Positions 1 through 13,300 of a stretch of DNA of 64,000 nucleotides are shown piece after piece. Under the pieces are notes generated by a model, which was not told the DNA's origin, did not search any database, and saw only the letters and a list, made by a program, of their open reading frames with translations. How positions within the stretch are numbered: position 1 is the first letter of the stretch; every line of letters begins with the position of its first letter. The DNA is from Lingula anatina (lineage: Eukaryota > Animalia > Brachiopoda): positions 20,250,651-20,314,650 of the forward strand of contig CM120647.1 of the NCBI GenBank assembly GCA_051362555.1. The letters run 5' to 3'. The position numbers and the translations under genes are program-made.

Positions 1-503
1 CAGTTATATCAAAAGAATTTGAAAGGAGGGCAAAAGACACTTAATCACGTTGCAACAAAAACTCAACACAAGAACATAACCAAAGATTTGTGAAAATCTA
101 CACAAAACAAACTAAGACATGACACCAAGGTTGAGTACACAGCCTTCAATTATAAATACACAACAAATATATACAAAAATACAAATGTCAAATCTTCAAA
201 TTGATATCGACTTGTTTATTATGTGACAATTCTGGCACAGGCTGATTTAAACTACTATACCCCATAATTAGCCCTGGGTACAAAAAAAAAATAAAAAATA
301 AAAATTTTATGTCTCAAAGTACTTAGCTAAAAAATTAAAAAATTTAACCAAGCCAAAGGGACAATTTTCTCAAAAACAAAAATAAAGAAACAAACCTTAT
401 CATTACTTCTAACAAATCGTCACAGATAAGAGGCAAATTGTCTGGTTGCCCTCAATATTGAGCACAGAGACTTCTTCAGGGAAAAGAAGTTGGAAAACGA
501 GGA

Positions 504-3500
504 TTAAAACTGCAGATCATACACATCAAATAAGTCCGAGATGCCCTCGCTGTCTTCTAAACTGAACATGTAGTCCTCTTCTGAGAGAGGAGGTTCTAAA
601 CACACAAAAGGGACATCAAAGTGCTGGTCCTCCGTCTGCTGAAGTAAGCTCTGTCCCTCAGCATCTGGGGAGATGTCTTGGTCATCAAGAAGTGCGTGTT
701 TGAGAGTTGGGTCCCCTGTAAATAGGGATAAAATATTTAACTTTTTCTATCAATGAAAATAACTCAACAACTACAAAAATAAGTAAATATTAGCTATATA
801 TTGGAAAGAGCACATATGCAAATTGAGTGACCTGTACAAAAAATTAAATTTAATTTCTTTTAAAATGAAGACAACTAAACAAATAAATCAAAAGGAGAAG
901 GTACTACAAGCCTTGAAAGAAAAAATCACCTTGAAAACTGTCCCTGGAATTAGACTCCTCTGACGAGAAAACTGATGACGAGGACGAAGACGAAACTGAA
1001 GAGGGTGTATCAGTCCTGCTGACAACCCTTCTACTGTTGCTGGTGACAGTAGCATTATTGTTCATATTTCCAGTAATGTTACTGGCACTGGTCGTACTGC
1101 TCTGCTTATGAGTGAGATTTTTAGATTTTTTCTCATCCTTGGCCGACGTCTCTTCGGGACAGAGATACACCTCTATGGGACCTTTGGAACTCTTTAGCCA
1201 AATCTGAATGTTCTGAAATACATGAAAGGTACTTCATGACATTTCAGATTATTATCCTTACGTACCTGTAGCTAGGTCTTGGTCCGTTTGTATACTTCAT
1301 TAGTTAAGTAATATTTCAAAATTATAAAAACAATAAGTATAACAATTCTTGATTGTATATACTTGTAAATAAATAAATAAATAAATTTAAATGTCTTGAG
1401 CTTTTCCCAACATCTGTAGGATTTAATTGTTAGCATGCAAAATGCTTGAAGCTTAAGTGTGTGCCAGTTTATCATGAAAAAAAAAAATAATAAAAAATAA
1501 TAGTAAAAATGAATAAATTTTTTTAAAAAAAGCTATCTGAAGTAAAAATTATATGTACCCTACAACATTTCACCCTACCATAAATAGAAATAAAAAAAAA
1601 AAAATAAATAAATAAATAAAGAAAAATTAATAATAAAACTTAAAAGATTAAAAAAAGTAAAATAAAATAAAATAACCCTTACTTGTGCTGGGTCAGGTAC
1701 CTCTAACCGTGTCTGTGGTGGAGCCTTGATAGCTACGACTGTCTGATCCTTGAAGGATTCCACGCCTCGGATGTCCTGATATGTGACATACGCTAACGTG
1801 CGCAGTTAAGGAGGGAAACAAGTTCTAACAAGTACGAACACCATATAATAATGGATCGCATACAATTCAAGTCCCAGGAAGTTAATTTAGTACATTTACC
1901 TACTCAGTTATGTCAATACAACTGAAGTAGGAATGTGCTTTTTTGTAAAAGGCAAGAATTCCTCCTTTAAAAATAATTTAAGCAGAATCTCACAATCTTT
2001 TTTTTCCCATCCTTTTTTCTGTTTTTTTTGCAAGGTAAACTATCTTAATACTGGTTTACTTATGTGATTGTAAAAATAACAAAAAAGAAGAGAAAAATTT
2101 GTCTGACATCACATAGAATTCATTATAAAATCCATAAATTCTAAAAAACTTGTGTAAACCCCAAACAGAGTAATAAAAACAAAATCCTCCAAGGATATCT
2201 AGAGATCTCTCTGTCTTCCGTCAGGTGTTTCAACTGCAAGGTGCTTGCCTTGATCAGCTCATCAAGCAGGTTCTCCTTGGCTTCCAGATCTGCCACATCT
2301 GAAGTGAAAACAAACTGATTCACAATACACATAAACCACATTTTCGGGGTTAAAATATTTTAAGGTTCCTAATTTTTGTACCATACCAACTTGATCAGGA
2401 TCATATTGTCTGTGCAAACTCAAGCTGCCCAGGGAGCTGAATAGCACATTATCTATAAAATCCGAGAGATTTTCCAGAGGTGAATTGAGGTCGTATTCTG
2501 TGTCTTACGGAAGACAGTCAGATTTTCAAGTTTACATTGAATGGGTATATGATTTTTTTATGGAGACAGTCAAAAATGGAAGATGGATCAACAAACATGA
2601 TTTAGAAGACCGTAAGAAAATTCTCTCTGGATCCGCCCCTGTTTACCTAGGGTGTTATGTAATATTGTAGCTTATTAACTATATAATATTAAGATTTGTT
2701 ATCTGTGAAGGCTTGCATTGCATAATCTGCACAATTCTCCATTGCTGCTCTGCATATCAATACTAAAATCTAAAACATGTTTTACAGGGTGCTGCCTAGT
2801 ATGTCATCTACACTATTCAAGACTTGTTCCTCAGGGTGCTGTGCAGCATTCTCGTATTTATGAAATTCATGACATGATCTTCAAGGTGTTGTAAATACAA
2901 TAAGGAGCATGTTTCAAGTGTGCTATGTAGGATAATTACATATGTTTATTCATACCATGTTCCCCAGGGTGTTAAAATAAATTCAGAACTTGCCCCCAGG
3001 GTGCGTTGGGGCACATTAGTACAGTATGTGTCGTTAAGCACTAGCCCAAGGCAATCTGTCCACCTTAAGTGGCACCAGGCTAGTAAAACATGTTTCTATT
3101 CTATATATAAGTAGCCCACTCTAAGACCGATTACCTCAAGAGCAACACCTTCACATACAAGATACAATCAATGACAGCACAAGTAACTATAACAGCGCAC
3201 AAATAAATAGGTAAATATGATCAAGTAAACTGAAAAGCTTTTATCAAAACTACATGTCACATATCTTTCAAAACTCAATGCACAAATTCAACTTCCTCGT
3301 TGGGGATGTATTCCATACCTGAATGTAGGTCAATATGTTCTGCCGACAAACAATCGCTTCTGTCACTGACGGTTTCTAATGATCCCCTGGGGAAAATAAT
3401 GTACAGAAAACTTTTAATTTGATGCACATACAGTGTCCTCAAAAATCTGATAAAAATAACAACTTGATGCTTATTTGTAGAAGTTATAATTGGAAGCAAA

Positions 3501-4100
3501 ATACTGCAGGGTTAGAAAATTAAGGAATGAAAAATAAAATTTGGGCTGCATTGTAATACTTTGATAAAATATATGAGTAAGGATATTAAAAAAAAAATTT
3601 GTGACTTCGTAACTAAGTACTGCATAACTTTTGTTTTCAATCACCATTTACTTTTACCTTTCCAACATCAAAGGACAATTTAGTCATATTCACACACATG
3701 CACACAACTTACTTCCACTGAATATTATTTTTAGACTTTTTATTGATGAGGTTGATTCCTTCCAAAACATTTGTAATGTCATAAATCCTTCTTTTCTGTA
3801 CATCTAATCTTTCTGCGGCCTTGTTCAGGTCAAGAATCTAGGAGAAAACAAATGTAACATAAACATCAACTGAAAAAACTTAAATAATTTCTTCCACACT
3901 AATGACTAGAGTAAAAAATAATAATAAATTGATAAGTTGCTTATCAAGCCCCAATTTTGAAAATTTTGTTCACAAAATCTTTTTCAAAAAGGCTAAAAAT
4001 ACATGGGATATTGATTAAGTGGAAGAAATTTATGTTTGGACCATAGAAAATCCTTAATATTGTTTTTATTATGTTATGCTCATTTAAAATTATATGCAAA

Positions 4101-4150
<50 letters not shown>

Positions 4151-7100
4151 TGGTCTGGGGATTATGCAGAGCAAACTACTCTTGTATTATCTGCAGTAGG
4201 AAATTCTGACTAAAACTAATTTTCACTTTCATTATTGGACTGTGGTCAACTTACCCCGTCTGGAGCTGCCTTCAACAGGCCTACAAACTTCTTGGTGAGG
4301 AGACCCAGCGATGTGTCATATCTCGTCTTCTCTAGGGGGGATTTGGCTACATAAACAGATAACAAATTTAGTGTGATGAAATAACTGAGAAGATATAAGA
4401 GTACAGTAAGTCGCAGTTGGCAAAAATATAATGATATTTCTGTCTTTTTACTTTTCTTATCTGTTGTGGATTTTTTTTTACTCAATCGAGGCTTTCCCCA
4501 GGGAGTCATCCAGCCTCATTTGGACAGCCAATGGCCTTAAAAGACAGCCTATAATATCAAAGACGACTGAAGGGCTTACAAATTTTTTGGAGAATGCTAG
4601 GTAGGGGACTTAACTTGATTGGGTTGGACTCCATGTAATCTGGTAATGAAATAACTGATTCATATTTTAGACTCCTTGTGCTCCAAATCCTGGGAAAAAT
4701 CTTGCACCCATTTGTCTACAGGGGATTATTGATTCAGGCACCTCAGACTAGAAGGGGATGACCATGTAATCACAGCCCTAAAACTTGAGGACTGCAATCA
4801 AGTCTCTTCATACAGTACTTAATACTGAACTGGTTTCTGAGTACAGCTTCACCCCCGCCCCCCCTCCCTCCCACACAGCAGGTACACAATGGACCCCTTC
4901 AACACCTTTAACACTGTAACCTCCCACACCTCTTAAAGTCGTATGAGCCTGAAAATTTAATTATATAATAGATCACACCCCTTTTCTCTGAAGACTCGCC
5001 CCCCAGAACAACCATGTGGTACTTCAAGTATAGTGAACACTTGACACTGAAACAGCCAACTTGCCTGCAGGCTGCCAGGATCTAAGAATATGCTGGTCTG
5101 AAGGAGAAACGATGGCCAATAACTGAACTTAATGTACAAAATTTTATGAGCCAGTCTTCAATTTGATTGAGACTAAGTGTGGAAATAGTGTCAGTGGTGA
5201 ATGCCACGGACTGTAAGTAAGGCAAGCTATCAGAAATGAACTGATAACCCACCATAGCACAAAGGCTTTATTACACAAAGTTCCATAATCTGGACAGACT
5301 GGTTGACAGCTCTGAGACAGGTGCTATGAGAGATTGCTTACAATTACCACCTGTCTATGCCAGGACTAATTACGCACCATGAAAGATCCAGGGAAGAGAC
5401 TGTCATTTACTGAAAAAGATTTGAAAAATCGGTCTGCCCCCCTCCCTCCCATTTTATAGCAGATCATCATAAAAATGATGTTTTTGGCTCCCAAAAATCG
5501 AAAAATATGCCAGATGTTGGAAAAAAATCTCATCCCTGAAAATCTGGGGCCCAATTTCACAATAGGTGATCCTAACTTTAATACCAAACATTTTGGTCAA
5601 TTTCCATTTAGAAAACAAGAGGAGCCTTTAACACACCAAAGGATAACAGAAGGTCTTTATTAAAAGCACATGTTGATATGGACTTACCTTTAGGACTGCA
5701 GTATTTCTTTGATTTGGGGGTTTTGAAGATGTCATTATCTGTCACAGCATCCAGGTCCAGCTTCCTTTTCACCTGAAATCATTGAGACATGACACTTAAC
5801 ACAAGCTTAATTTTATTTAAAAGAATAATAATGACTCAATTAGTTCTAAGGAAAATATAAAACAGTACAGTGATATCTTTACTATGGCATATTAGACACG
5901 GGGTTTGCGGGAGGGGGGGGTTGGGGATAAGCGTGTGGCTTGGTCACTTTTTCCTTGATATACTATTTTTTTTTTTTGGGGGGGGGGGGTTGGGAGGGGG
6001 AGGAGGACCCTGTGACGTCAGGGAGGTTAGGGGTGGATGGGTGGAACACCACCTGCTGTCCCTAACTGGTCCCACCATTGCAAGTCATGCTACATATAAA
6101 TTATTTTTAAAATCAATGAACTTGAACTACGGGGAATTCCCTAACTTGAAGGAGAGGTCTGACGTGTCATAATTATAATATAACACTTGTATCCTGAAAC
6201 AGGGGAATTGAATCCTGTGAGAGCTCATACCTGGACTTTGAATATCTCCACATTCATAATCATCACACACATGCACTTGCACGCACACATACAAATGATG
6301 TATTTTTTCTTTATATTTGCCCACATAAAATTTGACTTATCTTTTTTATTTGGCAGATTTGCCAAGGTGATGAATGGATTAGAAAAAATGTGGACCTCTG
6401 GAAATTACCTTGATAATTAATCAGAGTTTTGAATTTTTTATATCATACGCTGTCACACAAACTCTGTCACACACAGATCTGCTACTACTACCTAGCAAAG
6501 GTGCGGAATTTAATATTTTTACAGAGAACAGCTGCCCCCCTGAAGGCAAACTTAAACCCCACACCGCTGTGTTTTCACACTTCCTATGATCCCCTTTTAT
6601 AATACAGGGTGTTGTTGACTTGAATAAATAAACACTGCAGAGTATTATATGCATTATGTAATTCTTCCACTCCCTGGGTAGAGGAATAGTGAGTACTACA
6701 TCTGCATCCAGACTTGTTTTTCACAAACCATCAATATCTGTGCATTTAAATAACAATAATATCGTTTCTGAGGTGTCGATTGCAGTTTTCAAGCACCTGT
6801 TTAAAAATTTCAAGGTTGAACCCTCACATGCCTGGCTGCACGCAAGTTTCGCTTTTGCAAGGTCGACGGATTGAAAACTGCCTAAAATAATTTTAATCAC
6901 AGTCAGTCTTTACGTGCATACTTTTGAACATTTGACATACTAGGCCGAAAGTTTTGCAATTAAAAATTGTCATCATGCACACAATTTCATCATCCTAATC
7001 ACAAAGGAAGACGTGACATACTTCCCCCGGGGGCGTTTTTTTCACTCGAAGTCAGGTGTAAATAAATCCCGTCTTAATGCATTTATAAATATTCAAAATA

Positions 7101-7369
7101 AGATTTAAAGAGGATGAATTATAGTGAAAAAAACTTGCCTGCAATCTACCAAGCTGGGGGTCCTCTAAAAACCCTGGCCCGTGGGGCGTGAACCCTTGCT
7201 GTGTGGGGCTAGTCCACTGATTGTCCACTTCTTGTTTTATGTGTACGACAGTTGTTTGCGTTCCGCTCTGTTGCGACGGGTAAATAATGCGAGAATTGCC
7301 AAAAAATCCACAAGAGCTGTCTGCAGGTTTACTGTGTAGTAAACTTGTCGCTCTTCCACCCCGCGGCAT
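504..7369 (-). CDS. E2F: E2F transcription factor, activator class (E2F1/2/3-like), 9 coding exons, ~436 aa
   Basis: Exons 7369-7139, 5772-5688, 4346-4255, 3837-3713, 3386-3319, 2298-2199, 1797-1683, 1212-930 and 715-504 join in frame (1311 nt). Motifs: cyclin A-binding VKRKLDL; winged-helix DNA-binding domain [13 protein letters not shown]...[15 protein letters not shown]; coiled coil; marked box [10 protein letters not shown]...[15 protein letters not shown]; C-terminal pocket-protein motif [17 protein letters not shown]. Confidence 0.95.
1798..2198 (-). other. U12-type (minor spliceosome) AT-AC intron of E2F
   Basis: On the minus strand the 5' end is |ATATCCTT (2198-2191), the branch site is TCCTTAAC (1812-1805) and the 3' end is ...GCAC| (1799-1798). 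Splicing restores the frame ISR-LAYVTY. Confidence 0.95.
4102..4148. repeat. (AAT)n microsatellite
   Basis: About 15 AAT units in an E2F intron. Confidence 0.95.
5773..7138 (-). other. GC-AG first intron of E2F
   Basis: Donor CAG|GCAAGT at 7138 (phase 0) joins acceptor TTTCAG|GTG at 5772, giving [11 protein letters not shown]. The nearby GT alternative is out of phase. Confidence 0.75.
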
Positions 7370-7629
7370 CGCAGCTGTTAGCCTCAGCCTTCCTTCCAAC
7401 GCGAGGGTCCTTTGTTGTTTACGCAGGTTTAAATGGCCAAGCTGGACTCGGTCCGGTGACCTAGATTGAAGCTCCAATAAAAGTTACTTCCAAACTTGCA
7501 AATTTCAGTTTGAGTGATTAAAGATCAGGCTTAGAACCCCAATAACTGTTGTGGTGAGTTTGACGACGATCAGTGGTCAATTTCTGTTATGATGAGGCCG
7601 GATTTTGCGACATCCCTGTAAAGTTTCCT

Positions 7630-8100
7630 AGCTCCAAGATGGTTGTAAAGGACAACAAAGCGAAGGATATTTGGCGCGAAATTGTATTTCCCGCGACATG
7701 GCCTCATTTGGCCTTCGGCGGAACATGGATGACAGAAAGCTTGGGAGAGTTTTTTTGCAAAAATACATTCTTCCTTTAATTCTTGAGCAATGTAGCTTAT
7801 TATGAGTATTTAATAAACCAATACCAACCAATATGTCACTTTACTTGTGAGTTTTGTCTTCAATTCGCTTAAAAAGTGCACTTTAAGAAACACAGATCCA
7901 GGTTTCGTGGTTTCATCCAATCAAATTCATAGTTTACATCACGTGACACAGCTTATCAGCCTATACGCGCGTCTAAGCACGGAACTTGTTGGGGACAGGT
8001 GTTACTATAGCACAGACAAACAAAGCATTCGCGCGAAATGGTCAAAGGGCGGTAAATTGACGTCATTAAGTAACCCTTGCCCAAGATACGTGACCAGAGT
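7630..8100 (-). promoter_or_regulatory. E2F gene promoter with multiple E2F sites, CCAAT, E-box, CRE and GC box
   Basis: TTTGGCGCGAAA 7670-7681 (TTTCGCGCCAAA on minus), TTTCCCGC 7687-7694, TTCGCGCGAAA 8028-8038, CACGTG 7940-7945, TGACGTCA 8058-8065, GGGCGG near 8047, CCAAT near 7818 and 7917. Locally CpG-rich. Confidence 0.75.
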
Positions 8101-8500
8101 AAATTATTTGATATAATTCTACTTTTTTTCGTAGTTGTCGTTTGCTATTTTCTTTCTGCTGCACCACAAAGCAACTGAATGAAAAAAAATGGACAGCATT
8201 TGGAAGTTAATTTTATCAAATAATAATAATAATTTATTAAAAAATATCAACTTTTTTAATTTAACAAAAAATGAAAAGAAAAAGAAAATGTTTTTCCCCA
8301 ATTTCTGAACATTTCCCTCCTTTTTTTATTTTTTTTTAGCTTAATTTGTATGATGTTGAATAAAATTTCGACTCTACACATATTGCTTTCCATATATGTG
8401 AATAATGCCAATGAATATAGACTGAGGAAAAAAAAAAGAAAATCAAATTAATATAAAAACAAACAGCAAAATATGAATTAATGTACCCAATGCTGATACC

Positions 8501-8506
8501 TTTATT
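8501..8506 (-). terminator. Probable polyadenylation signal (AATAAA) of the DIDO-like gene
   Basis: AATAAA on the minus strand ~1.9 kb after the stop codon, followed by a U/GU-rich tract (8470-8425). Other AATAAA hexamers exist nearby. Confidence 0.45.
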
Positions 8507-10377
8507 ACAATTAAAACATAACAATTATAAGAAGCCATTGTATGTTTTTATATATACAGGTATGTACATACACAGATTACATAACGATTTAAGTAAGAAT
8601 GGCATCCAGAAGCCACTGCATCTTGTCAACTTCACAAGACATACTTTACAGGCCAAGACAACAAGCTGAATATAATAAAACCACTTGACACAAGTTTTTA
8701 CAATGCCAAGCTAAGCTCATTTTAAGTTAGAATATAAGGGTTTCATTCAATTCACATATTGCTACACCACTCCCAATATGACATGATAATATCTTTCTGT
8801 GAATTGTAAACCTCTCTACGGTTCTGATATATACATAAACATTTAAAAAGTTCAAGTACGTGATTAATGTTAATCACTTTTTGATATTGCATTAGGTAAG
8901 AAAATTCAAGGTGTTTTATCAAACCTAATCTCAAACACCTGTATCATATGTTACATAAAAATATTATTGGGGTATTCACCTAAAGATGCTACTAACAAAT
9001 GCCACTAAAATTCTACCACGGAATATAGATATATAAAGAATTGATTTATAATGTTAAGACCATTTTCACTAAAAATGGTCTTAACATTTCACTAAATTTT
9101 CACTAAAAAATACTGGAAAAAGACAAAACTAAGTCATATGCCAGTATGTAGACTAAAGATAAATGAAGAACATTGCCCCGCCTTACACCACAAGATTTGT
9201 AAGCGGACTGTTTTGGTGACAAACTTGTGTCAGTTCAGTTAAGGTTAGTCCTATTGAAAACAAGCCCTGTTAAATTTTATCGAGTCCACTCAGGTTTAGG
9301 TATAAACATCAATTTTTTACCACAGATCGGAAGGAAAAATTTGCTGTAAAATTTCACACACACTAGCCTTTGAAAATTGTTTCCTTTCACAAAACTTAAA
9401 CCATTTTCAATGAACAGGATATATTACGCGGTCTGTAAACTCTAAAATCCTTGATAGAGAAGCCATTACCTTTTCACATAAATAAAATCTGAGCTTGGGT
9501 GAAAAGATAAAGAACTGTGCAAACATTTGGGTCTGATTTTCCAACTTGGAGATCATTATGTTTTCTCACTATACACTATATTCATGTGCTCTCAAGTATA
9601 CACAAATATGCAAAGAAATGACTGTACAGACATTACATGTACATACTGGGCGACTGGCTATCTAAAGCAAATGCTGCTTCATCTTCATATATGTTTGTGT
9701 ATATACTTATTGTTTAAGAAAGAAGAGTACTACAGCTGTTCATCTATTAATTCAAAGAATTTGACAAGTTATCCAACACATTAAAAACGGTATTTTGTTG
9801 GTAATACTTAAAAATGGTAATTCAAAAGTTTTGAAAAGTGACATATCTTCACATCAGATAGTTTGTGCAAGAATATGAAAATAATGAATACTGAAAGTAA
9901 AATATTAGAGAAAGTGAGGAATTTGAAAATTAAAAAAATTGAAAATATATTCACCGCATTAAGTAACACAATGTCCCCACAGTTAATTTGAAATACCTGA
10001 ACTATTGCCATGCTGTCATCTTGTCTACTAAATCCTGTCTACTAAAAAGAGAAAAAAGTCAGACAGGTTGTTGACTGCTGAAAGGATTTCATATCCTTAA
10101 CTACCAAAAAGATAAACCGTTCTTAGCATATGTTAACAAAATTCCTTTGGTTTTTGCACATAATACCAAATCAAGCAAAGTTCACCTGTTTGTGAAGAGA
10201 ATTCCCAATGTTCTGCCACCAAAAAATCAATTAATTAACTAATCAATAGTTTAAATTAATACAAAATCTAGTGTTCAAAATGGTGAAGATCTTCAATATT
10301 CCAGCAATTTTTTTTAAGTACATCAATCCTGGGGTCCAACAAATATTTTCAGCTGCAGTGTATGGATAAACTGTCCA

Positions 10378-13300
10378 TTATGACCATGGGGCTTCTCTCC
10401 CTTGGTCTTCTCTACCTGGGCCCGGGGGTCTGAGCCCTGGGGGTGGAGGTCTCCTGTTGGGTCCCCAGGGTCTGTCACCATGTGGTGGGCCTCGCCTTTC
10501 AAACTCAGGGTGGGGTCGTCTTGGTGGCCTGTCACCTTCTCCAGCTGGCGCTGCCCTCTGGTGCATTGGTTCCATGCGTCCTGGACCGTGGCCCTCTTCA
10601 GGAACTGGATGGTCAAATAGTCCTGCTATTCTTCTATTTTGTGTTGGGTCCCTAAACTCTGTCTCATTTATTTCTCTTTGGTGATCAAATTCTTCCCCTT
10701 CACCATGCTGTTCATCTGCTGGGAGAGGTAGATCTAGTAAAGATACAACTTTCTTCTCCCCTGGTGGTCTCATCTGGCCGGCTCCTCTTGGAGGCAGTCC
10801 TCTACCTCTTGGCAGCCCTCTACCTCTTGGTGGCCTCTCAGACATGTGTTGATGTACACTTCTCATGCCATCATCACCTGGAAATGATGGTTCTATAGGG
10901 TAATCTTCCTCCGTGTGTTGCAGTTGCCATTCAGGTGGAGGGGGTCTTCTTTTAAATGGTGGCCTCTCTGTGGAAGCACTATGCCCTTCTTCACCCCACT
11001 CTTCACCTGCATTTTCTGGATGGAATTCATCTCTAAAATGTTCAGGAACTCTTGCAGGCCTATCTCCCAACAGCCCCACACTGGACCCCATGCCCTGTGG
11101 TGGCCTGTCACCAATAAGACCCTTGGACTCTTTTTCACCCTGAGGGGGTCTTAATCGATGCACGTCACCTTCTTCTTGAAACTCAACTAATGGTGATCCC
11201 CTGCCCTCAGCCACATGTTGAAGTTGACCTCTAAATGCTGGACCCGGTGGCCTCATTCTTTCACCATCTGGAGCTCTCAAAGGATGTCCTCTCCCTGGCC
11301 TTTCCCAAGGGTCAATCCCTGGGGGGACCCTTCTCTCTACATCTGGATCCCTCATGGGCCTTCCTCTTGGACCTAGACCCCTCACAGGTCTTCCCCTTAA
11401 ACCACCCTCACGCAGACTCATTCTTTCCCCTTCAGGTCCTCTCATTTGTTGGTCCAATGGGTGATCTGCTTCCTCTCTTGGATCTACTGGTCCTCTCCTC
11501 TGTTGTGCATCTGGCCTGTTAGGGTCCCAATGTTCTTCAGGACCAAAATGTTCCATTCTCTCCTCACCCTCATGGTGTAGATCCTGGTGTATATGATCTG
11601 GGTCACCCTCCTCCCAAGTATCTTCTCTAAACTGGGGTGCTCCTCTGGGGTGCTGAGGAGGGAAGCCACGTAATCTTCCTCTAAATCCTGGTCCCCCACG
11701 ACCTCTTCTTCCTAACTCAGCTGGATGAGGTCCGCCCCGACCAGGAAACATGTGACCTTGGTGGATCATTTCTTCTTCATCTTCTGCTCCCCAGTTTCCT
11801 GGCCTTCTGTTTTCTATCATTTCATGGCCAGGGTAGTGAGGTCCAGGTCTTCTTCTGCCTCTCCCTCTTAACTCCACATCTCTTGAAGCCAGTCTTTCTC
11901 TAAAATCCCTCTGTTGTGGTTCTATGGATTCATATCCTGAAAATTCTTGGTCACCTTGTTCAAAGTTCTCCCAATTATGCGCCAGAAGTTCTTCCTCAGA
12001 GGGTCTATCAAAGTTCCCGTGTTCTGGTGGAGGAGGTCGGCCCCGCATTCCACGGGGATATCCTCTCCCTCGGCTCCTGGGATTCAATTTCCTGGCATCC
12101 ATTTCTTCATGAAAATGTGGAGATTTTCTCCCAGATTCATATTCCAAGTTTTCTCTTAAGTCTTGACCTGGTGGACCCATTCTAAACAGTCTTTCCCTTG
12201 AATGTGGATGCAGAGGTCGCAAAAAATCATGATCAGGATTTCCTTGGTTTTCCTCAAAGCCAGGGATCACTCCTGTATCTCTATGGTCAGGGCCATGAGA
12301 ACCACTTTCCTCTTGCCATCCTAGTTCTGCACCTGGTCCTTGTTTTTGGCCATCTGAATGGTGAGGCTGTTCACCCTGTGGTCTATCACCAAGCAGACCT
12401 CTCTTGTCTGGGCGACCATGAAGCCTGGACTGGGGTCCACCATCTGCAGGGGGTTGTGTGAGTGGCGATCTTCTTCCTGGTAGACCATCTGTTCTGAGAT
12501 GTTGATGCTGCTGCTGTTGCATTCTTTCATGGATTTGTTCTCTTATTCGAGGAGAGCCTTCACGACTCCGAGGAGGTTCATTTTTCTGCTGAGAGTCGGC
12601 AGCTCTAGCTGGGGTAGATAATAAACCTCTTGAAGGCTGACTTTGCTGTTCTCTCTGCTGCTGGTGCTCAAATTTCCATTGGTCTTGAGATTCTTGTGGT
12701 CTGCCTTGTTGATTAAATGGGGCACGGGCTTGGTGCCTCTGATCAAAGGGTGCGGGTGGTCTTGGCCCACTCATTGGCCCTCCTGAACCAAAGCCAGACT
12801 GTCTATTTAACTGACTTTGGGGTGGGCCTTGGGAAGAAGGCTGTTTCACCTGGCCCTGGGGTGATGGCCCAACTGTCTGCTCTGTTGGCCCCTGGGATGG
12901 CCGTCTATTCCCCTGGGGCTGATCCCCAGGTTTATTTAAGGGGTGCTGCATTGCTGGTGCATCTCCTAATATCCCGACCCCACCTTTAAGTGGAAATGGA
13001 CGTTGGGCTTGTGTAGTACTCTGTGGAAGTGACCTCTGTTGTAGCACCTGTGGCATTTGAGGCCTATTATGTTGGCTGGTAGGTCCTGTTTGGTTCTGGT
13101 TCTGTTGGGGCATCTGGTTTGGCCTCTGCTGAGCAGGTCCCAGGGCTTGAGTTTGGTTCAGTTTGGAGGGCTGAGTAAGCCTCTGCTGCTTCCAGCCTGG
13201 TGGCTGATTTGGATGTTGTTTCGCAGCTGCTGAAAGTTGATTTTGCTGCTGTTGTTGTGGTGGGCCTGATAATTGATTATTACTTTGTGATGATGGACCA

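Noticed and set aside
7370-7477. N-terminal extension of E2F in the ORF track
   Set aside because: It begins at a TTG. The first in-frame ATG is at 7369, so this is treated as 5'UTR.
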